DNA of 52,510 nucleotides, from the NCBI RefSeq assembly GCF_000281045.1, contig NW_008246073.1, positions 132,366 to 184,875 of the forward strand, given 5' to 3'. Of the stretch, positions 35,105-45,311 are shown one piece after another. The notes beneath the pieces are model-generated. The model worked only from the letters and a program-made list of their open reading frames with translations, searched no databases and was not told the origin of the DNA. Within the stretch, counting starts at the first letter, position 1. Every line of letters starts with the position of its first letter. Both the position numbers and the translations under genes were made by a program. The DNA is from Saprolegnia diclina VS20. Its lineage: Eukaryota.

Positions 35105-38039
35105 ATGTCGCTGCTCAAGTCCAAGCCGGTGCGTTCGCCATCCTGCGCGCGTTCGCCGAGCCTCATGGCCGACTAGGTGGACTTTGATATGGTCTGGAAC
35201 GAGATCGAGCCGTCCGTGGAGGTCCTCGTCAACGGCTCGCACGCTCCGTTCTCGTACGAGAAATGGCAGGGCGTCTACCATGGCGTGTACAGCATCTGCA
35301 CCAACCCAGGCGCGCCGCAAGCCGAGGCGCTCTTCTTCCAGCTACGCGAAATCCTCGTGCGCCGCGTCACCGAGATCGTCGAGGTGCGCGCCCACGATCA
35401 TCGTTGTCGCGGCTCTAGTCTCAGATCTGAGTAGCTCTTGACGGCCGAGCCGGGCGACGCTGAGTTCCTCGCGCTCTACTGCTCGCACTTTAACGTCTAC
35501 TCGACAGGCAGCAACTACGTCTCGGAGCTCTTTGCTTACTTGGTGCGCTCTCTGTATGTGTTAGAGCGTTGGAGGTCTCATTCCGCTCTGCCTACAGAAC
35601 CGGTATTGGATTCGGTACGCCCACTCCGAGTACGGCCAAGCGCCGATTCCAGGCGTATACCCCGTGCCCGAGGTAAGGTGCTCGTCAGGAAATGCAGCGA
35701 AGACGCAGGACCATGGCTAGCTCGCGCTGCGCATTTGGCGTGACATTGCACACAGCGCGCTCAAGCACCGCGTTGTGCATGCGCTCGTGCACATCTTTCG
35801 CATCGCGCGCGAGGCAGGCGACGCCTTCTTTGAGCACGGCGACCTCGTGGCCACGACGGTGCAGGTGCGCATCACGCCATGTCAACTATGTCAACGTGAG
35901 GTCGACGTGGTCCTGTAGATCTACCTCGTGCTCGGGCTCAACAAGCAAGACCCGCTGAAGCTCTACCGCCTCGAAGTCGAGTCGGTCTTCCTCCTGGTAG
36001 TCGTCAGTCCAAGCCACGATCATATCCTTACGCAAGGGTAGGACACGGAAGCGTACTACGCCGGCGTCGCCCAAGACCTCCTCTCGCGGCTCTCGATCGC
36101 CGAGTACCTCGCCCACGTGGAAGCTCTCTGCAAGCAAGAAGAGCGCCGCTGCGATGGCAAGATGCACCGCATGTACACAGCGCATCCACGTTGGCCCGTA
36201 CCGACCATGCGGAATTATGGATAGCACGGTCAAGCAGGCGCGACAAACGTGTTGCCGCGTCCTCGTCGAGGAGCACGCGGATCGCATTTGCGAGCACGTG
36301 GACGCGTTCCTTGCGGCCAACCAAACAGCGGACCTCCGGCGTCTCTTTACGCTCTTCTCCGAACTCCCCAACGAGCACGCGCTCATGCTCTTCAAGGTCT
36401 ATTTATTTCCGATTTGAATCTCAATCTCAATATGGCCACTAGACAAATCTCAAAAAATACATTGAGAAAACCGGCCTCGACGTTGTCAAGCAGCTCCCGA
36501 TGGACGCGACGCTGCGCTCCCCACAGCTGTACATTGAAGCGCTCGTCCGTGTGCGCGAGCAGTTTGTCGACCTCATTCGCGACGCGTTTGGCTTCCACGC
36601 ACTCATGCGCACAGCGTTGGACCAGGCGTGCCGGGCCTTTGCCAACGCCCACCCGCGCCTGCCCGAGCTCCTCGCCAAGTACACGCACGTGCTCATGACC
36701 AAACCCGGTTCGCTCAATAACTTGATACGTACATGGCTTATACGGGGTAGGGCTCAACGACAACGAGGTCGAAGTCAAGATTGACCAGATCGGCGTCGTC
36801 TTTTGTCTTTTGGACGACAAGGATGTCTTCAAGACGTTCTACGCCAAGCTGCTTTCTCAACGGCTCATCCATGGTAGCCAGATCGACTCAATATGTCCAT
36901 GTCCTCTTACATAGCTACCTTGACTGTATGCAGGCTCGTCGATGGCCCATGAATTTGAAGTGCTCTTGGTGCAAAAGCTGCGGGACATTTGCGGCTGCGA
37001 TTTCGTCTCCAAGCTCCAAAAGATGTTTGCCGACAAGCTCCTGAGCTCGGTATGAATCGGAGGGCACACTGGGATATATCGAGCGACCGCGTAGACAACG
37101 ACGAACGCGTACCGGTCGTGGCGCCACGAGCATCATGGCATGAATGAACCCAACTATCTGGTCGCGTTTAGCTTTGACGTGCTCACTGCGGGGGTGTGGC
37201 CGATTCCGACGCCGTCTATTGCCTCGACGCTGCACCTTCCCGCCGTGTGTCAGTACCAAGTCGACCTCTTTACGACCTTTTACGCGAGCCAGAGCTCGGG
37301 CCGGCGCCTGCACTGGGTCCACCACCTCTCGCACGGGCTCCTCCGACTGAGTCTGGGCGGTCGGCTCTACGAAATCCACGCGAGTCTGTACCAAATGATC
37401 CTTCTCCTGCTCGTCCGATTCCATGACAATAGCTTCCACAAACTCATCAACTCTTCTAGTTTAACGACCGGTCGGCGTGGCGGGCGACCGAATTGCGGGA
37501 TGCCACGCGCGTCCCGAGCCTCGACGCTGTACACCAGCAGCTGCATCCGTTCGTCAAGGTTGCTTGACCGCCAATCGAAGCTCACCCGCCTCATAGATGA
37601 AGCTGCTCACGTTGACGGACGGCGCCCTGTACACGCTCAACGAATCGTTTGCGCACAAGCGGTCCCGGATCAAGGTGAGCTTTCTGCACGAGCCTTTTGA
37701 ATGCACATGGTGTAGGCCATGCCGGTGCAGTCAGTGCTGGACCCGCCGACGTCGTCGTTGTCGGTGTCGTCGCCGTCGGCGTCCAGTGGGCCGCCCCGCG
37801 AAGTCACGGAAGACCGCAAGATGGCGCTCCAGGCGGCACTCGTGCGCGTGATGAAGGCGCGGCGCGAGTGCGCATTCCTGCAGCTGCACGCCGAAGTGAC
37901 GACGATGCTCGCCAACCAATTCGTGCCGTCGACCGACTTTGTGCAAACCAATTTGGAGCTGCTCGTGGAGAAAGAATACGTTCGTCTCGCATCGCCCGGC
38001 GCGACGCGCAGCGCTGCCGTTTACGTCTACGTGGCCTAG
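35105..38039 (+). CDS. Cullin, most similar in motifs to CUL2
   Basis: MSLLKSKP/VDFDMVWNEI, LFAYL/NRYWI, ALDQACRAFAN...PELLAKYTHVLM, LDDKDVFKTFYAKLLSQRLI, VLTAGVWP, SGRRLHW, neddylation segment EDRKMALQAALVRVMKARR; many short introns. Confidence 0.9.
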
Positions 38040-38218
38040 TCACGACTGTCCTCGTCACGATCCATCGACCAAAAATGTACTCAATTCTACAATGCCAGTG
38101 CGTGCTTGCACATTGTCAGATCTCGTTGATAGTCGTATACAACCCTTGACGTGCTTGCTCGTTCTGTTGGGTCTGTCTTGACGGTTGGGCGTGGCAGTGT
38201 CAAGCTGCCGACACGGGT

Positions 38219-38269
38219 GGATTCCTGCTGCACACGCAGGAGAGACGGGGTTCGAGTCCCGGAGGCGCA
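38219..38269 (+). pseudogene. Degenerate tRNA-like sequence (3' half resembling tRNA-Gly/Asp) with Pol III B box
   Basis: Anticodon-like stem CCTGC/GCAGG (38224-28/38236-40) with 7-nt loop TGCACAC lacking U33; T-arm with GGTTCGAGTCC; ends GGCGCA. No convincing D-arm or 5' acceptor strand. Confidence 0.55.
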
Positions 38270-38288
38270 GCCCCTTCTTCTCTTTCAC

Positions 38289-38331
38289 GGGTGCGACCGC
38301 CAGTTGGAAGCACTGACTGGCGGTCGCACCC
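38289..38331. repeat. Perfect 16-bp inverted repeat (hairpin, 11-nt loop)
   Basis: GGGTGCGACCGCCAGT (38289-38304) and ACTGGCGGTCGCACCC (38316-38331) are exact reverse complements. Confidence 0.95.
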
Positions 38332-38514
38332 TAACCCTAGTGTTGAAATGGCTCTTTACTGTCATTTAATCATTAAAATCATTTCAGGATTCCCTTGGCC
38401 GTCATCCTGGTCCTCGGGTGCTAGTATGACGGCAATATCGGCGTACAGTGGACATGAGCGCAGTGAAGGCCACGACGACGTGCATTGTCTGATGTCTCTG
38501 GCTACGCGCTATCC

Positions 38515-39541
38515 TTACAAGATTTCTAGCGTCGCGTCCGGCGTTGCGTACGCTGCCTTGTGCTTGTCAAAGATGCGCTGGAGCTCGGTGAGGAAGAGGC
38601 CGTGGACGCGGTCGACTTCGTCGCTGGACGGGTTGTCGCACTTGGTCGTTGGGATCGGGTGTCCGTACACTTGGTGGATCTCGACTGGGAACGGTTTAAA
38701 CGGGTTCCACCACGTCGGGCCGACGCAGAGCGGAATCGCAATAAGGAATTTCCGAGCAAACCACTGCCGCAGCGGCAGCAAAAACCTACCGACTCGAGTT
38801 CAAATTCCTGTTGGATCGTAGAATTCAACTCGTACGTGGACGGACGGAAAAGATCATTTTCACCAAACGCATATACGGGCACGATGGCCGTACCGTGCTG
38901 GATCGCGAGCTTGACAAAGCCTACAAAAGCGTATATCATGACAATATTGTCCATCACAATCGACATTGTGTACCTTTGCGCGAATGGAGAAAGACGTGGT
39001 GCTTTTGGTACTCGGCGAGCATTTGCTCTTGGATGCCACCGACGAGGATCACGAGGCTCTTGCCGGACGCCAAGACGCTGTGCGCAACGGACCGACTGGC
39101 ATCGACGACGCCGAGCCAGAGAAGCAGCTCGCGGTAGATGGGAATGCGAAACACGATCGACGCGCCGAGGTGGCGGCGGCGGTCGCCAGGAATCACGTCA
39201 TGAAAGGCCGGCGTCGACGCGCCTGTGATCATGACGCCATGGTGCCACGACGTGGGGCCGTGCGGATGCGACGAAAAGAGGTACTGCGTCTCCTTAGCCA
39301 GCGGTGTCTCAAAGTGCAATGTCGTTGGCACCGGCGCGCGCGCCTTCCAGAGCGAGAGCGTCGCAAACCATGGCCAGTACCCACCGCGTTGCGAAAACTG
39401 CGTCGGTGCCAAGAAGCTCGGGAGATACGCAGCGAGAAGACCCAGTACGACAGCGTACGGCAGCGCGTAGTACTGCAAGCTGATGGCGACGCCAGCGACA
39501 AAGGCGCTGAGCGATGCCACGTACACGGTCGGGATCGCCAT
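38515..39541 (-). CDS. Diacylglycerol acyltransferase type 2 (DGAT2/MOGAT family)
   Basis: YLFSSHPHG, FRIPIYRELLLWLG, GGIQEQM, RKG/FVKLAIQHGTAIVPVYAFGEND, VYGHPIP, HGLFLTELQRIFDKHK; 2 introns. Confidence 0.92.
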
Positions 39542-39991
39542 CGGTTCTGCCTCCTCCTGCGCCAAATGTGGTTTGCGGTCAGTTGAATTGCCGCCTGTTT
39601 TTGCGTGTACTTGCAGTTTGTATGTCCACTGTGTTTCGTAGCATGGGCTGCTGGGATTGGCTCACGCATCCACCAATCACACGACGCCATATCTTGGCTG
39701 CATCAACACCACAGCAGTTGCTACCGCAGCGCAAGCTGCTTCGTGCTGCCGTGCGTCGTCTCGTCGACGTTGAGGCTACTACGATCGACTGGACTGTACG
39801 AGGAGACGGGAAGGCAGGCTAGAGCGACTACACCGGCCCGAGCGATTGGGCCGAACACTCGTGGGGGCTAGGGTTGTCAGATGTTGACGCCCAAGTCCTC
39901 TCGTTGCGAGGTTAGCTAATCATCCGTGCGGAACTGCAGAAACGAGGTATTTCGTCGGAAAATGCAATGTCGTGTTGGGCTGCAGAAGCGT

Positions 39992-41392
39992 CTACGCCTG
40001 GATCTCGCCCGTGTACGAGTTCCACCAAATAAGTAGCATTTGGGCCGCCGACAACCTAGGGAGCGTGAGCCGCCGTCCGTGGCTAGTCATTGCGACGTAC
40101 CCGAGCAGCATGTAGGTGCGGAAGCGCCGCGACTCGTAGCTTGGTTCGGGCACCGAGCCTTTGAGGCACTGCAGCATGAAATAGGTGGTCGTCAAGCCCG
40201 TGTAGAGGAGCGCAATGTAGTACGCCATCGACCCCAACAGCATGCGCACGACCGTGTTGAGCACGAGCGGCACGTACTTGTAGCCCGTGAAGGCGACAAG
40301 GTCAAGGAACGAGATGCTGCTGTTGAGCACGTGCAAGCACGCCTTCATGACCGCGATCTCAAGGCACTGCAGCATGACGCAGTACATGCCCACGTCGCCA
40401 ATGACGTCCGGGTTGAACCTAGCGCGCGATCCATCAGGCAGATATACCAGAGCAAGCAACGTACTGGCCCGATGTGCCCTTGATGAAGCCGACAAGAAGA
40501 ATGTACGTGGCAAAGCTCATGAGCGGGATGTAGAGATCCGGCGCGTTCACATCGTCGGTCGGCGGCTTGTACGTGATCTCGCCGGTCGAGTCACTGGGCT
40601 CGGTGCGGCGGCGCCAGTTGCTGTGGAGAAAGGGCACGAGCAGCATCTAGACACAAACAGTTAGGAGGATCATGCAGTCATGATGATGGACGAGACCTTG
40701 AGGCGCGTGACCACATATGCGTTGTTGACGGTGAAGTAATACTTGACCGAGCCAAACGCGCCTTTTGCACCGGGCACGAACGACGAGATCTTGTTTTCCA
40801 TAAAGCCGACGCCTTGCGACATCATGTAGCCGGCCATCGGGTTGCTACAAGTCGCGTCGTCGATAAGCATACCAGGATGTCCCACGTACTTGAGAAGCTC
40901 TTCGGGGCTGCCGCTGCCCATGGCCTGGCCCAAGAACGCGCCCATGGGCGGTGCGCTCTGGCCCATCATGCCCTGTGGTTGGCCCATCATGCCCTGTGGT
41001 TGGCCCATCATGCCCTGTGGTTGGCCCATCATGCCCTGTGGCTGGCCCATCATGCCCTGTGGCTGGCCCATCATGCCTTGGGGCTGGCCGTACGAAGGCT
41101 CCTGTGGCGCGACGTGGCCGCGGTTGTACGCCTACGTAGCGGCGCCATCAGTTGACGCAGGTCGGCCTCGGCTCTTTACCTGGCGCTGGTCGGGGTACCC
41201 ATTGCCACTGCCATTGTTGCTGCCCGTGTGGGCGGATCCGTCGAAAAAGTCGTTCGCCGCCGGCGCTTGGTACTGGGGGTTGAAGCCCGCGCGGCGCGGC
41301 TGGTACGGCGCGCTCGGGTTGCGGAAGGGAACTACACGCAGCAAGGTTTGTGCGGCGCTACGTCAAGGTCGGCGCGTACCAGGTTGCGCCAT
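39992..41392 (-). CDS. YIF1: ER-Golgi trafficking protein YIF1
   Basis: KYYFTVNNAYVVTRL, DVNAPDLYIPLMSFATYILL, LDLVAFTGYKYV. 13-nt first exon MAQP(V) at 41380-41392. Confidence 0.92.
40959..41084 (-). repeat. 21-bp coding tandem repeat, six copies (QPQGMMG units) in the YIF1 N-terminal region
   Basis: Unit tggcccatcatgccctgtgg(t/c) starts at 40959, 40980, 41001, 41022, 41043 and 41064; the last copy is slightly diverged. Confidence 0.93.
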
Positions 41393-41860
41393 CGCTCGTC
41401 GGCTTCCACAAGTGACGTCGGGGACTCGGCTTGCAAACTGTGCGTTGATTGGTCAAATATAGGCCACCGCAGTACATTTGGCGCGATGCCATTGGTTCAA
41501 AAAGAAACAGCACGCCAAACACCGCACCTTGATGCAGCCAGCGCATGGCCTTGGCTACCGTCGCCACCGTGGCGGCCATCCATGGCGCCGACTTGTCCAC
41601 ATCGTCGACAGTATCGTAATGCTTCATGGTCATCGTCCCACCCATGCGCTACCACATTGGCGAAGCTGCGCCACGCCGACGCTGCTCATGTCGGTACCCT
41701 CGCTCCTCCTCACCTGCTCGAGGACCTGTGCTCGTTCTCACCTGCCACAAACCTTTCTTGTACAGAACTCTAGCCTCTGCGCAGGATGGACAAACGCTTT
41801 TGGCGTGCGTACATTATACGTGCATCAAAATGGGACCTCGGCGCACATCGAGCGATGTGC

Positions 41861-43257
41861 TTATCTCAAGATGCCGTTGGTGATGCTCGGCGACGAGCAC
41901 GGCCCGGCGCTCGTCATAAACTTGTGGTCCTTCCACATCGCAATGCCGGTGGCGTCCGACTTGAGGCCTTCGCCGGCGGTGACGAGCACCTTCTGCTTCT
42001 CGACCTGCGCCGGGCTCAACGGCTCGCCCGTCAGGCCTTCGTACACGATGCGCTCGCCCGGCTACGATGGGCAAAACTAAGCGTCTATGCAATCACTCGG
42101 CGTCACAGTACCTTGGCACCGGCCGGCGGCTCGACGAACGCGACCTTCTCCGTGCCATCGGCGTCCGTCTTGACCGCGCAGAGCACCATCCCGTGCGACT
42201 TGAAGCCGACGAGCGCACGCGCCTTGAGGTTGCACATGACGAGGCACATACGACCTTCCATTTGCTCGAGCGAGTAGTGCTTGACGAGGCCGCTGGCAAT
42301 CTGGCGCGGCGCATCCTCACCCTGCACACCAAAACAAGATGAGAATCACTGTCGAGAGCACGGAAGAGGCAACGTACGACATCGATCTCTTCACAGTAGA
42401 GCCTAGGATGCCAAGATGAGGTGGTGATGAGAAGAAGGGTGGAGCGTACTTGTCGGCGGTCTCGTGCTTCCAGACCTTGACGATCTTGCCGACGCGAATG
42501 TCGAGCTTGGTGATGTCGGGCTGCGCGTCAACGACGGGCGCAGGCGCCGCCGCCTTCTTCTCCTTCTTGGGCTTGTCTTCCTTCTTGGCCTTGCCGTCCG
42601 TCTTGGCGTCCGGCTAGCAAGTGGTCATGCAAATTGCGATTGGGCGGCGTCAAGTACCTTGGCCTTGCTGGCAGGCGCGGCCTCGTCGGTCACTGGCGCC
42701 TTCTTGTCGGCCGCCGGCGCCGTCGTCGTCGTGTGGACCATGAGCAAGTGCTGGTGCACGGCAACGTCAATGATGGGCATGGTCTCAAAGCCGCGGATGC
42801 CAACCGTGTGCTGGAGCTGGTTGAACCAACGGCGGAGGTTGACATGCTTGGAGACTGCGCCGTGCGACTTGACAAAGGCCTTGTAGATGACGTAGAAGAG
42901 CGTCGCATCCGCGAGCGTCGGGCGGTTGCCGACAAAGTAGACGCGCGACGCAAGGTGGGCGTCGAGGAGGCTCCACTGGCCCTTGTTGTTGAGGCTTTCG
43001 TTCGCACGCTGGTTGGAAGCGACGCTCATCCACTCGGAGATCTCGGCCTGCTCGAGGGGCGTCGTGCCCGAGAGCTCGAGCTCGCGGTCGGCCGCACGGG
43101 CAAAGTAGCGCACGATCGTGTTGGTCTCGTTAAGGATGACGTTGCCGAGCTTGAGGCGGATGTCGCCATGGGCGGCCGACGACGTCTTGACGCCGCAGAA
43201 GCGGGCAGCGAAGCGGAGGAAGACCGACTCTTCCGACTTGTCGAGCGAGAGCGACAT
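41861..43257 (-). CDS. Arc1p/AIMP1-like aminoacyl-tRNA synthetase cofactor (GST-C domain, Lys-rich linker, EMAP-II tRNA-binding OB fold)
   Basis: N-terminal GST-C-like LDAHLASRVYFVGNRPTLAD...NLRRWFNQLQ. C-terminal KLDIRVGKIVKVWKHETADK/LYCEEIDV/GEDAPRQIASGL...NLKARALVGFKSHGMVLCA. 25-nt micro-exon at 42378-42402. Confidence 0.9.
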
Positions 43258-44072
43258 GGCGATAAGATTTATTGTAGCCACCGAGTGGCGGCCTGCCTTC
43301 GAACTTCGAAGACATCGAAGATCGTTCTTGTGGTGCGTCCGGCCATGTGCCGGATAATGGCAAGCGAAGATCGAAGTATGAAGGATAAAACCACGCAACC
43401 GCTGCAGCGCCACGGCTTGAAGTACCGAGTAGCAGCGGGTGCATCGACTCGACTACAGTGTAGAGCTACTACAGTGTAGCAAGAAGCAGTCGCTTGTCGT
43501 TCGACAATACAGGATGATAGTCCTCTGTTGTGCGTTGGACGTTTAGTCGGCGGAGAGAATGCACACCTTCTCCGCTCGCGCATGTATCAACGTTGAAACG
43601 CGGTCCTCAACGGTCATTTCATCTATGGGCTGGGTTAGTAATGCTTGGGCGTTGATGACCTTGACAGTATGTTTGCCAATACCGCTAGACCCGGAAGGAG
43701 AGCTGCCGAACGACGCCTCGTCGACCTTGTGGCGTCGTAGAGGGCTGGAGAAGGCTGAGAAGGGTGGCTGGAAACAGGAAGCCGAGTGGGCTGGGTGCGA
43801 GTCGCCACCTAGTTACGTCTGGGCAAGTAGGGGCACATCCTGTTTCGTGCAATGCTGCTGCGATGCAGCGGGATCGGCACCCAAGCTTGGTGCAAGTTGC
43901 GTGTTTTTAACGTCCGGCTTGGTGGCAAACCCTACGGACCGCAAATAAACACTTCGAACTTCGCATTCGTGTTTGGTGCCAAGACCGTCGACAAAGTCCG
44001 TCTCGCGCCGTCCTTGCCATGTCCCTGCTCCTCCTTCGCCGCGCAAGATCGCTCCGCCCGCCCGCCCGCGCC

Positions 44073-44854
44073 ATGAGCTCGCTGGCGCCGGACGAGACGC
44101 CCAAGAAGCCGTCGTCGCCGTCGATCGTTCTCGGTGCGATCGCATGCATAGTTGGCGACGCTTGCTCATGCGCGAACTAGACGAGTTTGTCATGCGCCAG
44201 TTTGACGACGCTAACTTTCGCGGAACGCAAGTCAAGTACGAGAAGACCAAGTTTGAAGCCATGATCAACAAGTACTACGAGAACGGCGAGTATGCGCTCG
44301 TGGACGGGTACGCCATCATCCTCTGTCGCCCAGTGGGCTCTGAACGTGCATGCGTAGCTACGCCCCGTTCTGCAAGCACTTGTTTGTGCCCAACTTTATT
44401 AACGCCCGCGTGCAGACGGTGCCCATCACGCACAAGTCGATCCACTTGCTCCAGTCGGGCTACACCAAGCGCCGCCCCGAGGAGCTCCCTGTGTACGCAT
44501 AGCGCCCCGAAGTATGTATGCTCATGCAAAGGATGGTGGCGTAGGCTCATGCGCTGGTTTCCGTCGCACAGCGTGACGCCTGTGACGGCCAAGTTTCTCG
44601 ATATCGTGCTCTACAGCCGCGAACAAGTCTTCTTGGAGAACGAAGCGATGGGCAAGGACATTACGCTCAGCGACGCGCCGTGGCGCATCACCAACGTGAT
44701 TGCGCAGGACGTCGACACGGAGCTGCCCATGGAGCCAATGCATTACTTCCGGAATGCGCTCGGGAAGGAGGCCGGCGGCTCGGGTGTTCCGATCGACCCG
44801 ATCAAGTACCAAGAGGCGGTCGAGTACTGGAACAAGCACGCGCACATCAAGTAG
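44073..44854 (+). CDS. DUF3228-family protein
   Basis: Spliced IVL/DEFVMRQF...LVDG/YAPFCKHLFVPNF...LLQSGYTKRRPEELP...RWFP...FLDIVLYSREQ...PMEPMHYFRNALGKEAGGSGVPID...YW. Confidence 0.82.
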
Positions 44855-45311
44855 TAGAAGGACGTCGCCCTGTATATCGACGAGGCCTATATAAACAACG
44901 AACGCGTCCACCGCCTACCACTGCTGTCGTTGGCGTCCAGGTGGACTTTCGTCCAAGCCCTTCGCAGTAGACTCGTGTACTGGACGGGTAGTCGCTACGT
45001 GACCAAAGATGATGTCGGGGTGTTACTAGGGTTACTCGTCCCAAGGACAGCTTTAGAGTCGGGTCGACCGTCGTGTGAGTGAGTATTCGCATGGGTCAGC
45101 GACTGCAGCACTAGGTTTAGGGTCTACAGCCGTTGGCGGGTGATACTTGTTCAAGGACCTTCTCCGTGCAAAGGAGCTATGCAGCTTTATTAGTGAGAAT
45201 CGCGACGGCGACCAAGTTGCATGTTGTCTCGTCCATTGGCGCGTGGTCGGTGCGATGAGACACGTTGAAATATATGTACATACGCTATATGCAGTCTGAT
45301 CCTAAATTGCT

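Noticed and set aside
38219..38269. Functional tRNA-Val(CAC)
   Set aside because: No U33, mismatch in the T-stem, and no D-arm or matching 5' acceptor strand; kept only as a tRNA-like relic.
40959..41084. CRISPR-like array
   Set aside because: Spacer-less in-frame tandem repeat inside a eukaryotic coding exon; no cas genes.
43625..43815. SRP-RNA-like fragments (CC-GGAA-GG, CTG-GAAA-CAG, and an 8-bp stem ACGACGCC/GGCGTCGT at 43710-43738)
   Set aside because: The conserved helix-8 internal loop (CAGG/AGCA), the Alu UGU motif, the spacing and a poly-T terminator do not fit. An Infernal search would be decisive.
43927..43934. Plant-type telo-box AAACCCTA between the Arc1p-like and DUF3228 genes
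   Set aside because: Single 8-mer that could occur by chance; no independent support.
44852..44857. Tandem TAGTAG stop suggesting readthrough control
   Set aside because: Tandem stops are common, and there is no downstream conserved frame or SECIS-like element.
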